A stretch of DNA of 64,000 bases from a virus, in IMG/VR virus record IMGVR_UViG_2889676293_000002, positions 16 through 64,015 of that record. One strand, 5' to 3'. Made by a program: the position numbers and the translations under genes. Of the stretch, positions 18,655-28,357 are shown piece after piece. Below the pieces are notes generated by a model. The model had not been told where the DNA came from. It did no database searches and saw nothing but the letters and a program-made list of their open reading frames with translations. Within the stretch, counting starts at the first letter, position 1; the number at the start of each line of letters is the position of its first letter.

Positions 18655-19483
18655 TGGTTTGTACTTGTTTAGTTAATAGAAAGTCGTATACCCGTTTGGT
18701 GACGGGCAACAGTCGGTGTCTGCACCGATAGCCGCCTGCGTACCAGAAAATGGTTTCTTTCGTTGTGCCGATCATCTTGCCCGACCAGGTCAAGTCAGCC
18801 CATGCTTCGACTTCGGTTTTTAGGTACGTTCGCCCTAACCGCTGCCGGCAGAAGTCGCGTGTCGTGGCGATCTGCGTACCCATGTAGTACCAGTGAGTGA
18901 GCTTCAGGCCAGTCGCTGCCGTATCCGTCCAGGCCCGTACGTAGGTCAGTACGACCTCTTCGATCGTATTGGTCACCTGACGAAACGCCGTACTTTCTCT
19001 GCCCAGAATGTCGGTACCGATACCGCGTAGGCCCGTTACGTCCAACCGGGCCAGTACGGCATTACCTAGCTGCGTTGTCAGCGACTCCCGGACGTGCAAG
19101 CCAATCTGCGCCCCAACGACGCCTGTAGCCTGTAGCTCTAGTTGCCGTTCGAGCCGCGTCAGGTTGGCTCCGGCCACATAGGGTTTGCCGATCAGCAGTG
19201 AGAAATACTTCACCAGCTTCTGGGTTGCCCCGGCCAGCGTATCAGTCACCCAGCGCGCAATGCCCTCGATGCCAAAGTCGCCCAGCCCACTTAGCCAGTT
19301 CATCAGACTGCGTAGCTTGCCCGATGGTGTAATGTCAGCGGCCAGACTATCGAGCCAGCCCAGCAGATCGGCACCCAGCAAATCCAGCCAGTTCCGCGTA
19401 CGGTCAAATAGGTCAGCCAGCGTCACGGTGATCCACGTGTCCAGTTCGTCCATTTCGGCCAGCAGTTTGTCTACCTCGTTCAT
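18647..19483 (-). CDS. Head morphogenesis / minor capsid protein (MuF/gp7-like)
   Basis: WYYMGT...TRDFC...GGYRCRHRLLPV. Confidence 0.75.
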   Translation of the reverse strand: MNEVDKLLAEMDELDTWITVTLADLFDRTRNWLDLLGADLLGWLDSLAADITPSGKLRSLMNWLSGLGDFGIEGIARWVTDTLAGATQKLVKYFSLLIGKPYVAGANLTRLERQLELQATGVVGAQIGLHVRESLTTQLGNAVLARLDVTGLRGIGTDILGRESTAFRQVTNTIEEVVLTYVRAWTDTAATGLKLTHWYYMGTQIATTRDFCRQRLGRTYLKTEVEAWADLTWSGKMIGTTKETIFWYAGGYRCRHRLLPVTKRVYDFLLTKQVQTNG

Positions 19484-21441
19484 GATAGCTGATCTGCGTT
19501 TTTCACGTCAACCAGTGGCGTAAGTGTCATGCCGCCAACCATAGGCTTACCCGTTACCGGGTCTAGCACCGGGCCGGCTATTTTGCCTACCCGCTTCCGG
19601 GCTGCTTCCAGCAATTTCGTGTACTGCACGTCCAGCTTCAGCGACCAGAATGCTTCGCCCATCGTACGCAACTGCTCGTTGAGCAGGCCATCGAACAGGA
19701 TGCTCAACCAAACCTCTTCAGTCGTCAGCTGCAACGCCTCAGAACCCGCTTCGAGCGTAATGCGCTGCGCCGATAAGATGAATAGCTTCTCTTCGTTGTT
19801 GACGCCTGGGTAGGGGTCAAGCTGCTCACGGAGTTCATAGCGCCGGTAGTAGTTCGAGTCTTCGCCCGACTGGTAGCTGATCAGCTTTTTCTCCAGTGGC
19901 TTACGCAGGTTGGAGTCAAACGACTTATCAACGGCTTCGACCAGCTCTTCGCGGGTTAGTTCGGCGTTTTCCAGCGAAAACCGGATCGGCTCAATGACAA
20001 CGGGCAGGGTAACACTGGCCCCAAACCGCTGATAACCGACCCACGAAAAAGCGAACCGCTCAATCGTGCATAGGTGCGCTGCTTCAGTATTGAGCTTTCT
20101 ATATAGCTCTTCGCGATCGTAGCGTTTGCTGGTACCACTTGCCGTCGTTGGCGTGGTTTCCAGAAACTGCATATCAATCACCGCGTACGCTTCAGCTTTT
20201 ACCCGCTCGTATTCCTTGACGAAAGCATTCAGCGCATCAATATTGCGCGGTATGAACCCGCCTGGGGGAATCGGCAAATTTGATGGCCTGCTTTCGTCGG
20301 CAAATGAGGTGGCAGATGGCGGTGTCACGCCGATTATCTCGGTGCCCGACATCGACAGGTTGTTGCTGTGGCCTTTGCAGGTTGGGCAGACAATAACGTC
20401 TTTCAGGTCGCCATTGGCATCGCGAATAACTTTGGTCCCGCCGATACACTGATCGTCGCCCCCCTTTTTCTCATCCGGGCATCCCTTAGTCGTATAGCGC
20501 CATTCCTGCGACGATACGTGCAGGTTGCGCTCAACGGCCAGGTCAGACTCGATCTGTTGCGCCGTTTCAATATGCGCCAGGGCAGGCGACAACGACGACT
20601 CATAATATTCCTCATCCGGATCAATGCCCGCCGTGTTGCTGGCAGAAACGGATTCGTAAGCACCTTTCGCGTTGATCTTTTCGGCTTCCTCTTCTTGGAG
20701 CTTGCCTAATTTCATCGCAGGCATTTTCGGGCAACCATGTAGGGCTGGTCGCCAGATCGGCTGACCTTCCTCGTTGATGCCAATGCCCGTCACCGCCCAA
20801 CTGTAGGTTGGCAGGCTGGTCGCTGGGTTTATTTCTTTTGCTACCAGCGTGGCAATCGCATAGCTGTCGTGATCAACGAATGCCAACCGTTTTGGCTCGT
20901 CTTTTCGCTGTGGCAATTCAAGCACGGCAAAGCGGCCTTTTTTGTGCTGCCATACTCCGTCGCAGGGAATTAGTACCGCCGTTGGTGCAACCCGCTCCAT
21001 ATCGGAGCCTGGCTGTTGCAACGGCAGTACCAACAATACTGCGTTAGGATCATGCACGTACAAGGGACGTACCCGGCGCCAGAACCACTCATCGAGTGTT
21101 CCGTCTGCCGAGAAACCGGATGAACAGTAATTCTCAAGTGTGTCGGTCTGCGTTTCTTCCTGAGCGGGAAACACAACCGCAAAATCGTCAGCCTGGGGAA
21201 TGTAGCCGAGCGTGTCAATGTACCGGCTCCGGAGTGAACGAAACGGGTTTTTGTAAACGACCTTCCGGTAGTTCTTACTGGCCGTCGACTCCTTCGGCCG
21301 GTTCAGGTCGAGGTATACCGGGTAGCTACGCCGAAACACCTGCCGTATCCGGTCACGGTGAGCCTTCGACGCCTCATAATAGGCGTGTCGGGGTCCAGTC
21401 CCTTCCAGATACGGCAGAATGTCGCGGGTATAGTCAAGCAT
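19480..21441 (-). CDS. Portal protein (putative)
   Basis: 653 aa upstream of the MuF-like gene; TASGTSKRYDREELY; Cys insert CP..C..CPTCKG. Confidence 0.75.
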   Translation of the reverse strand: MLDYTRDILPYLEGTGPRHAYYEASKAHRDRIRQVFRRSYPVYLDLNRPKESTASKNYRKVVYKNPFRSLRSRYIDTLGYIPQADDFAVVFPAQEETQTDTLENYCSSGFSADGTLDEWFWRRVRPLYVHDPNAVLLVLPLQQPGSDMERVAPTAVLIPCDGVWQHKKGRFAVLELPQRKDEPKRLAFVDHDSYAIATLVAKEINPATSLPTYSWAVTGIGINEEGQPIWRPALHGCPKMPAMKLGKLQEEEAEKINAKGAYESVSASNTAGIDPDEEYYESSLSPALAHIETAQQIESDLAVERNLHVSSQEWRYTTKGCPDEKKGGDDQCIGGTKVIRDANGDLKDVIVCPTCKGHSNNLSMSGTEIIGVTPPSATSFADESRPSNLPIPPGGFIPRNIDALNAFVKEYERVKAEAYAVIDMQFLETTPTTASGTSKRYDREELYRKLNTEAAHLCTIERFAFSWVGYQRFGASVTLPVVIEPIRFSLENAELTREELVEAVDKSFDSNLRKPLEKKLISYQSGEDSNYYRRYELREQLDPYPGVNNEEKLFILSAQRITLEAGSEALQLTTEEVWLSILFDGLLNEQLRTMGEAFWSLKLDVQYTKLLEAARKRVGKIAGPVLDPVTGKPMVGGMTLTPLVDVKNADQLS

Positions 21442-21457
21442 AAATCAATCGGCCTTA

Positions 21458-22402
21458 CTAGGCTTTCTGTACAGTGAAAGTGAATGAACCGGTGACGCCT
21501 GTCGTGTTTTCGACAACGAGCGTGTACCGATACGTACCTGTTGGCAGCGTGGTACCGATGTTGACCACGCCAGTCGCTGCGTTGACGGTCGTTACCTGCG
21601 CGGTTGGCACATCGTCCGAGATGTTCGAGAAGATGCTGTACTTCAACCCGCCCGCCTGCAAGGCCTGTCCCAGCGTTGGCGTCAGTACGCCCAGCGTCGT
21701 AGCAGCCAGCGTGTACGTGTTGGTGGCACCGGCTACGGCGACCAGACCCGTTACGGCTGCTGTCATCGTGAATTTCAGGTCATTGAGCAGCGTGGCTTTG
21801 CTGATACCGAACACAGGTGGGATCTCGCCTTCGCTGGTGATCATGATGCTGAACGAGCCGGGGATATCCTTTTTAACATCACCTTCGACCGTGTTTTTGA
21901 TCTCACCGTAAACGGGCGTATGATCGGCCCAGCGAATTACTTCGACACTGAAATCAGTGAAAACGAAGATGTCGTACGGCGTCTGTGCGCTCCGCAACTG
22001 GTTGAAGAACTCGACGTTGAGGTACTGGTCGCGGTTGTCAAACGAGTACGTCGTATCGCCAAAGCCTGTTGGTCGTGCCTTCGTCCGTGAGCCGTAGTTA
22101 TAGGCCTCTTGGAACTCAGAGAACGCACCCCGCTTGCCGTTGACCTGACCGTCACCCAGGAATGTGGCTTGCCCGTTGTAGCATAAGGCTTTGATGCCCG
22201 ATACCAAGTTGCCCGCCGTTAACGCGCCAGCTGTTCCACCGGGTGGCGTCCAGGACGTGCCAAAAGCAGGGATTACACCAGCCGCAACCAGTGCAACAGC
22301 GAGAAAATTGGATTTTGGGCGCTTAACGCCGGGTTGTGGCATCCGGTTAGGGCCGGGTACCAGGCCGAGGGGATCGGCAATCACGTCTTGAATCTTAGAC
22401 AT
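21458..22402 (-). CDS. Virion structural protein with Ig-like C-terminus (possible major tail protein)
   Basis: C-terminal GTYRYTLVVENTTG..GSFTFTV; late operon. Confidence 0.45.
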   Translation of the reverse strand: MSKIQDVIADPLGLVPGPNRMPQPGVKRPKSNFLAVALVAAGVIPAFGTSWTPPGGTAGALTAGNLVSGIKALCYNGQATFLGDGQVNGKRGAFSEFQEAYNYGSRTKARPTGFGDTTYSFDNRDQYLNVEFFNQLRSAQTPYDIFVFTDFSVEVIRWADHTPVYGEIKNTVEGDVKKDIPGSFSIMITSEGEIPPVFGISKATLLNDLKFTMTAAVTGLVAVAGATNTYTLAATTLGVLTPTLGQALQAGGLKYSIFSNISDDVPTAQVTTVNAATGVVNIGTTLPTGTYRYTLVVENTTGVTGSFTFTVQKA

Positions 22403-22461
22403 TTTTACTGGTTGAATTGAAAGTGTTACAGCGGCCCGTTACCCCGCCGGATACGGATTCG

Positions 22462-22698
22462 TTAGTCGGCAATAGCCTCGACGCCGACGATGTGTACCGT
22501 GTGGCCGCTGGTTCCGGTTACCCAGATTTGCCCGCCGTTTACGGTGGCCTTGATCGTTTGACCGGGTAGGCTAACGCGCACCTGGCTACCGTCGGGCCGG
22601 TCGGTTTTGATCACCACAACACCGCTGTCAGCGTTGCTTGAAATCAGCGTGTCTACGTAGACGGGCTCAGTAGCCTGTTCTTCAGCTTGCTTTTTCAT
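22462..22698 (-). CDS. Small structural/hypothetical protein
   Basis: ATG 22698 MKKQAEEQ..., coupled to the upstream stop. Confidence 0.6.
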   Translation of the reverse strand: MKKQAEEQATEPVYVDTLISSNADSGVVVIKTDRPDGSQVRVSLPGQTIKATVNGGQIWVTGTSGHTVHIVGVEAIAD

Positions 22699-23630
22699 CA
22701 GATTGTGAATACGAGTGTGTAGTAATTGGCCGGGTTGGTTTCGCCAATCACCCGAGCCGTAGCCGTGTAGGTACCCGCTGCTGTCGTGCCGGACCACGTT
22801 ACTTCCCAATAATTGGTGTCGTAGCTGGTACCGGCCTGATAGGCACCGCCTGCGAGTCCGGGAATAGCGACCTCGACCGGACTGGCCGAGTTGACAAACA
22901 GGCGAAGCAGGCCATTGGCATACCACCGGTAAGCAAGTGCCTTGATGGCACCCGAACCCGAAACGCCTGACGGCAGCACCGACACCGACAGGGTGCGCGA
23001 TGCCGTCAGGTTATCGGTATCCCGACGCACCGTTACCGATACCGTGGCACCCGTTGTAATGGTGAGTGGTGCAGCCGTTGAGGGCGTTGCTCCATTCCAG
23101 CCAACCAGTAGCACGTCGCTGCTGCGTGGTAGTACGGTGATGGTCGTCTGACCGGGCTGCTGGCTGATTTGCAGATCGAAATCAACTGTGTCGAGCGTTG
23201 GGTCTTGCTCGTAGTTGGCAGGCACCCGGGCTAAACCTGCCTCGATCGGGTCATACACATCAGCGGGTAGCTGACCGAATGCCGCCAGGTACTGCGCTGC
23301 CGTGTAATCCGTGGTGGTACCGCCCGCGTTGGTTACGCGAATGGTCGTAGGTGTCAGCCACCCTGTCGGTAATGTACTCGAGCTGAGTACCCGAACCGGG
23401 ATGCCTGAGCCTGAACCCCGCACACCAATCGATGCCTGGATAATGTCGCCCGTACCCAGTGCCAGCACCGGAATGACCAGCGCTGCGTTGAGCGTCACGA
23501 CTACCGCCGAGCCTATGATAAACTCACCGCGACAGATCAGAATCGTCGTACCGGGTGCAACGCCAGCCACATCGACGGTCACTGACGTCGAATTGTTGTA
23601 GAAGCCTGCTAGTATGATCGCTCTGAGCAT
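22698..23630 (-). CDS. Thr/Ala-rich beta-structured virion protein
   Basis: Ig-like strands; late region. Confidence 0.55.
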   Translation of the reverse strand: MLRAIILAGFYNNSTSVTVDVAGVAPGTTILICRGEFIIGSAVVVTLNAALVIPVLALGTGDIIQASIGVRGSGSGIPVRVLSSSTLPTGWLTPTTIRVTNAGGTTTDYTAAQYLAAFGQLPADVYDPIEAGLARVPANYEQDPTLDTVDFDLQISQQPGQTTITVLPRSSDVLLVGWNGATPSTAAPLTITTGATVSVTVRRDTDNLTASRTLSVSVLPSGVSGSGAIKALAYRWYANGLLRLFVNSASPVEVAIPGLAGGAYQAGTSYDTNYWEVTWSGTTAAGTYTATARVIGETNPANYYTLVFTI

Positions 23631-23734
23631 GCCCGAATTTGGCAGACTGAACAGGGGGGCGGGTAGTCATCGCGCCGAAACCAGTTGTATAATACAGGCA
23701 ATTGGCTGACAATCAGAGTAAACGCATTACCCAC

Positions 23735-23768
23735 AAAAAAGCCTGCCCGCAGGTGCAGACAGGCTTTT
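23735..23768 (-). terminator. Terminator after the tail-fibre cluster
   Basis: AAAAAAGCCTG...CAGGCTTTT. Confidence 0.6.
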
Positions 23769-23791
23769 GATACCCACCAGTACTAAAAGAA

Positions 23792-24166
23792 CTACGCCCC
23801 TGCTGTCGGTGGCAGAATCGGGGGAAATACGCCGTCATTGGTAGCTACGAGTGCCGCCTGAATGCGCGAATCGATCTGCACACCCAGCCCGATGGTCCGG
23901 TACACGTGGACGGGGGCAATATTTTCGATATGTGCCCAGCCGTAGTGTTCGCCTACGATATTGGCCTCAATGTCATCTGGGCCAAACACGTACACCCGCC
24001 TGACGGCTGCCTGACCGCTGTAGCTTGAGCCGAGTACCTGCTGCACGTTCGTCGCGTGGACTACCGAACGCAGGGTACCATCGGCCAGATAGCCCGCTAG
24101 TTGTTCCTGGCTTAGATACGGCCAAATGGCCTTGAACTGGTCTACTGTAGTTGGGGTGAATGCCAT
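23792..24166 (-). CDS. Hypothetical protein (fibre-associated)
   Basis: Last gene before the terminator. Confidence 0.55.
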   Translation of the reverse strand: MAFTPTTVDQFKAIWPYLSQEQLAGYLADGTLRSVVHATNVQQVLGSSYSGQAAVRRVYVFGPDDIEANIVGEHYGWAHIENIAPVHVYRTIGLGVQIDSRIQAALVATNDGVFPPILPPTAGA

Positions 24167-24178
24167 TGTCTGATCGAA

Positions 24179-25132
24179 TTAAACGGTGATTGATTGCAGG
24201 TACGCGTTGGGGCGACGGGTAGGCCAGTAGGCGATACGTGTATGCCAAAAACGACCACCCGACGTATTAAGGGTGAGTGTAGTGACGACAGGAGGCGGTG
24301 CCGTATTGGCCGATGGAGATAGCACGGTACCATTGACGGCTAATCGATAATCGTTTACCTTGTAGGCGATAGCGCCAGCCATCGCGCCGGTTGTCAGGCC
24401 ACTGACCCCAACCGACGAGAAGGCAATATTGACGCCCGCGCTTACCCCAAACGCTACTAACTGGTTACTGCTGTTTCGCTGAATGACCATTCGGTTGTTA
24501 TTGGTCCCGTCGTTGACCGTTAATGGTCGTATGTCGACACCTGCGGCATCGACGGTGAAGCGGCACAGAAACGTACCTTCACTGACGTTGTACCAGCCAG
24601 CGGTTGGCATCGTCAGCACATCGGCCCCGCGTACTGCCGCCGCCGTTGTGGTCGGAATGTAGGAGGTGGCGAAGCTGCCCGCTTCCAGTTGCGCACTGGT
24701 TACACTGCCCGATACCGTCAGCGTTAATGTACCGGCCGTGGGCGTGAAACTTACCGTCACCCTAGCGTTTGTGCCGCTACCCAACAACGTACCTGTACTG
24801 GTACCTGACCGGGTGATGCTGCCCGTTCCGTAGAAGCTGAGCGTATACACCTGCGCCGTAACAGTAACGTTTTGGCTGGCCAGTGTAGCTGATTGCAACA
24901 GGACGTTGGTTCTGGCTTCTTCGATCAGCAGCCCCTTCAGCTGGAGCGTAACCGGGTCGTAATCGAATCGGGGTACGTTGGCTAAAACCGTTTCCAGTAT
25001 GCCCGATGCGTTCACCCGCGTAGCCACGCCCGAACGGGTGTAGGTCATACCGGACGGCATAACCCCTTTTGTAAAATCCAGATTCAGACTTGGCGTAAAC
25101 TGACCAACCACACCCTGTATCCCCCGTATCAT
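24179..25132 (-). CDS. Phage head-spike/fibre protein with ConA/LamG-like domain
   Basis: SLNLDF...TYTRS.VATRVNASG...PRFDYDP...GLLIEEARTN...AQLEAGSFATSYIPT. Confidence 0.75.
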   Translation of the reverse strand: MIRGIQGVVGQFTPSLNLDFTKGVMPSGMTYTRSGVATRVNASGILETVLANVPRFDYDPVTLQLKGLLIEEARTNVLLQSATLASQNVTVTAQVYTLSFYGTGSITRSGTSTGTLLGSGTNARVTVSFTPTAGTLTLTVSGSVTSAQLEAGSFATSYIPTTTAAAVRGADVLTMPTAGWYNVSEGTFLCRFTVDAAGVDIRPLTVNDGTNNNRMVIQRNSSNQLVAFGVSAGVNIAFSSVGVSGLTTGAMAGAIAYKVNDYRLAVNGTVLSPSANTAPPPVVTTLTLNTSGGRFWHTRIAYWPTRRPNAYLQSITV

Positions 25133-25989
25133 ATTTTTACGCTTGTTGTGACGATGTAGGTAGCAGAAGCGCAGATCATGCTCAACAGATTGACTGTGCC
25201 GGCTGCCGTATTCCAGTCGATTGCTGCGGATCCGGGCGTTTTACAGGCCGTGGGCAGGGTCATCGTAAACCCGCCAGCACCGCCCTGCGTCAGAATGATC
25301 GTTAGTGTTTTGCCTGCCGCTGCGCCCGAAATGGTCAGCGTCGTGTTGGCCGTCAGCGTAGCGATCAGGAGTGTATTGTCAGCCAGCGACAAATCGATCG
25401 CGTATGATGTACTGATATTGCCCGCCACAACGGTTCGGTTCAACGCTGCGTTCGCTGCTATGTTGGCGCTGTTTTGGGCCGCTGTTGCACTGTTAGTCGC
25501 GTTGGTTTCACTGGTAGCGGCTGCTACCTTGCTGGCATTAGCGGCCGTGGCCGAGTTGGCTGCATTGGTAGCCGACGTGCCTGCTGCCGTGGCTGAGCTG
25601 CCTGCGTTGGTTTCCGACGTAGCCGCATTGGTCGCTGACTGAGCCGCAGCGTTTTTGCTGGCATTGGCCGAGGTCGCTGAATTGGTTGCGCTGGTCGCTG
25701 AGTCTACCGCGTTGTTTTTGGCCGTTGTGGCACTGCTCGCCGATCCACTGGCCGAGGTCGCCGCATTAACTGCTATTCCGGCCGAGGCGTTCGCACTATC
25801 GGCGTAGCCCATCGCTGCCACCGCTGCCCCGCTGGCCGCATCGGCTGACTCTGCGGCCGTCGCCGTCGCCTCGATTGCCTCACTGGCTGCCTGTTGTACC
25901 TGGCTGGCATCGATACTGACAACCCGGTCGGTAGCGACCAGTTGCAGCACCAACCCACCCTCAACGAATAATTGTAGTAGGTTGCTCAT
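25129..25989 (-). CDS. Tail fibre-like protein
   Basis: Long Ala/Ser/Thr/Asn repeat stalk plus C-terminal TLTANTTLT...LTQGGAGG beta domain. Confidence 0.7.
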   Translation of the reverse strand: MSNLLQLFVEGGLVLQLVATDRVVSIDASQVQQAASEAIEATATAAESADAASGAAVAAMGYADSANASAGIAVNAATSASGSASSATTAKNNAVDSATSATNSATSANASKNAAAQSATNAATSETNAGSSATAAGTSATNAANSATAANASKVAAATSETNATNSATAAQNSANIAANAALNRTVVAGNISTSYAIDLSLADNTLLIATLTANTTLTISGAAAGKTLTIILTQGGAGGFTMTLPTACKTPGSAAIDWNTAAGTVNLLSMICASATYIVTTSVKI

Positions 25990-26309
25990 ACCAGTAGCAG
26001 GGTTTGGATCTGTAGTTGAACAATGACTTCGATCGGCGTTTCGCCTGCCTTTTCCAGTTTGACAACCAGCCGGGTGCCGGTTGATACGTGCTGTGTCTGC
26101 TCACCGGTAAAGGTGACCAGAAAGCCCGCTTCTCCCTGGTCGTCGACAGTTCGGAGAATGCCCGAGCCAACCTGTACGGTGGCTAGTGTTGCATCAGCCA
26201 ATGAAATCAGGGCCGCCGTCAGCGTGTAGGTCGCCAGTAAGCCGTTCCACCCTTTTGAGGTAAATGCATAATTGGCGATCTGCCCCGGCGTTATTTGTAG
26301 TGTCTTCAT
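25986..26309 (-). CDS. Baseplate/fibre-associated small protein (BppU-like)
   Basis: ATG 26309 overlaps the previous stop; between tail genes. Confidence 0.45.
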   Translation of the reverse strand: MKTLQITPGQIANYAFTSKGWNGLLATYTLTAALISLADATLATVQVGSGILRTVDDQGEAGFLVTFTGEQTQHVSTGTRLVVKLEKAGETPIEVIVQLQIQTLLLV

Positions 26310-26758
26310 TTCGCTTGTTTTCGGTACGCGCTCCAATTCCAGCCGCCGAATAACCGGACTGCCGTGTAATAGATCTGGTTACGCCAGTAGCCCGGAGCAA
26401 ACCGCTCCATCAGATCGAGGTAGCAGCGGTCGGCGTATCTACGTTCTCTGCCCATTAGGTCACGATGAAGTTCAAGTATTCCTGCCTCGGACTCGTAACG
26501 CTCCCAGTGCATGTACAGGTAATCGTGTACAATCGCCGCCAGTGCCGTGCGAGTATCGTAGGCAGGCAGTAACGATTGTGTCCAGGGTGGCGTTGAGTGG
26601 CAATCCGTCACAAACCCCGCTGGTATGGCTACGATCCGGCCGTCGAACAATTCGACACGCAGCGTCTGAGCAACCCGAAACTGGTCGCGCTTTTCGGCTT
26701 TGCTCTCGATTTGAACAGCGATCGCGTACTCGCTTGCCGTGCGTGTGATGGCCAGCAT
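26306..26758 (-). CDS. DUF1353 family protein
   Basis: IPAGFVTD..S.P...AAIVHDYLY...AD..Y...YTAVRLFGG. Confidence 0.85.
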   Translation of the reverse strand: MLAITRTASEYAIAVQIESKAEKRDQFRVAQTLRVELFDGRIVAIPAGFVTDCHSTPPWTQSLLPAYDTRTALAAIVHDYLYMHWERYESEAGILELHRDLMGRERRYADRCYLDLMERFAPGYWRNQIYYTAVRLFGGWNWSAYRKQAK

Positions 26759-27213
26759 TACAATCCCCCCCTTGCGTCAATCTTTTGAATCTCACCCGCC
26801 AGCATCGTATACAGCACTTGTGCGAAGCTGCTGGCAGTCGTCGTACCCGTCATAGCCATCATCTGGGCTACCGTAATGTTCTGGAAAAACTCACGCTGCG
26901 GAACCGCACCAGGTGTCTTCTCTGCTACGATGGCCCCGGTTTGTGGGTCACAGAATGCGCCGTCGGTGGTTTTACTGACCGCCCGCGTTGGGTACTGCGC
27001 CTTGGCGAGTTCTTTTTGCTCATCGGTCAGCGACGCATCGGCATCGATGAGTTCATGTATGGGTACGCCCTGCGGGTTGACATGAATCACGTCGACCTGT
27101 TGCAGCATGTTGAGGTCGGCCGTTACCCCGAAAAACCGGTGCTTGGCTGCCCGGCCGTGCCCGGTGTAGGGAGCGGGCGAAATAGGTACCTGAATTCTGT
27201 CTGTGTTGTGCAT
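26758..27213 (-). CDS. Hypothetical tail-region protein
   Basis: Late operon, coupled stop/start. Confidence 0.6.
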   Translation of the reverse strand: MHNTDRIQVPISPAPYTGHGRAAKHRFFGVTADLNMLQQVDVIHVNPQGVPIHELIDADASLTDEQKELAKAQYPTRAVSKTTDGAFCDPQTGAIVAEKTPGAVPQREFFQNITVAQMMAMTGTTTASSFAQVLYTMLAGEIQKIDARGGL

Positions 27214-27238
27214 GGAGGTAGGTAGGCGAAGTAGGTGG

Positions 27239-28357
27239 CTAGAAAATGACGGTATAGGCGTACAGGTACGTTGAGGAAGCCGTTAGGGCCACATCTGATG
27301 AGCGGATTTCAAAACCAGTCGTGGTCAGGTTATCTACGAACACCCTGGCTACCTGCGCGGCAGATAGCGAATTCATCGGCTGCAACTGGATGGACTTGGG
27401 GGCGGCTCCCTGAACCGATGAAAAGGCAACAGTGGCCAGTATTGCCCCTGCCGTGGGTGAGGTGCCCACTACCAACTGAATGCGACCCGCCGTGTTGATA
27501 CTGCCTGCCACAAAGCCCGCCGTTCGGGTACCAGCGGACCCCAGCCCAGCGCCAATAGTCGCGGATGGGGTGCCACCTACCGTGAAGGTGCCCCGGTAGC
27601 TGAACCAGCTTGAAAACTGGCCCGTCGTAGCTACACCCGGGAACTGCTGACGGTAGGCGTACTGCCCGTCCGTGGCGAAGTATTCCTGCAACACAAACCC
27701 ATCGCGTGAGGTCGTGACCCGGACGTGGCCATAAATAGCCAAGCCGGTAATGGTAGCACCGGGGGAACCCAGTGCCAGCGACCCACTGCCCGCGTTGCCT
27801 TCGACCCAGAGTTCACAGGGGTAGGTCAGGGTGTTGAAGTTGAGCGTCGAGAGCGAGGCCGTGTACGGGGCACTGTCCGAGATCAGGTGCGTATTCTGAA
27901 CCCGTCGCCCACCCAGCACCGCCGTACCGGGTATTTCTACGTCGCCGTTCCCCCGGATGCGCATCAGTTCAACACTGGTTGCCGCGTTCAGTCCAGCATA
28001 AAAAACGTGGCTGCCGGTCGTTGAGGGTACCTGATGCCGCAACACATTGGTGTTGACGCCGAAGCCATACCACTGGTGATCATCGGTGCCGGGATACAAC
28101 TCGACACGCCTCTGTTGCACCGTAGCCGGAAACCGTACCCGGTCCGTAACGCGCACGTTGCCTACCACGTCCAGTTTTTCAGTCGGTGTCGTGGTGCCAA
28201 TTCCCACATTGCCGTTGACGTCAGGTGCCAGTGCCCCCCTGGCTTCGATGTTATCGGCCAGATCAATCAGCGCCTCGTTGATCTCCGGCCCGGTAATGTT
28301 ACCCGCCGTGGTGAAGGTGGCGGCTACCCACGTTCGGAATACGTTTAATGCTCTCAT
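27239..28357 (-). CDS. Tail fibre / receptor-binding protein
   Basis: GNVGIGTTTPTEKLDVVGN, ELMRIRGNG fibre motifs. Confidence 0.75.
   Translation of the reverse strand: MRALNVFRTWVAATFTTAGNITGPEINEALIDLADNIEARGALAPDVNGNVGIGTTTPTEKLDVVGNVRVTDRVRFPATVQQRRVELYPGTDDHQWYGFGVNTNVLRHQVPSTTGSHVFYAGLNAATSVELMRIRGNGDVEIPGTAVLGGRRVQNTHLISDSAPYTASLSTLNFNTLTYPCELWVEGNAGSGSLALGSPGATITGLAIYGHVRVTTSRDGFVLQEYFATDGQYAYRQQFPGVATTGQFSSWFSYRGTFTVGGTPSATIGAGLGSAGTRTAGFVAGSINTAGRIQLVVGTSPTAGAILATVAFSSVQGAAPKSIQLQPMNSLSAAQVARVFVDNLTTTGFEIRSSDVALTASSTYLYAYTVIF

Noticed and set aside
25450-25900. Ala/Ser/Thr repeats as a special repeat array
   Set aside because: Ordinary low-complexity stalk of a tail-fibre protein.
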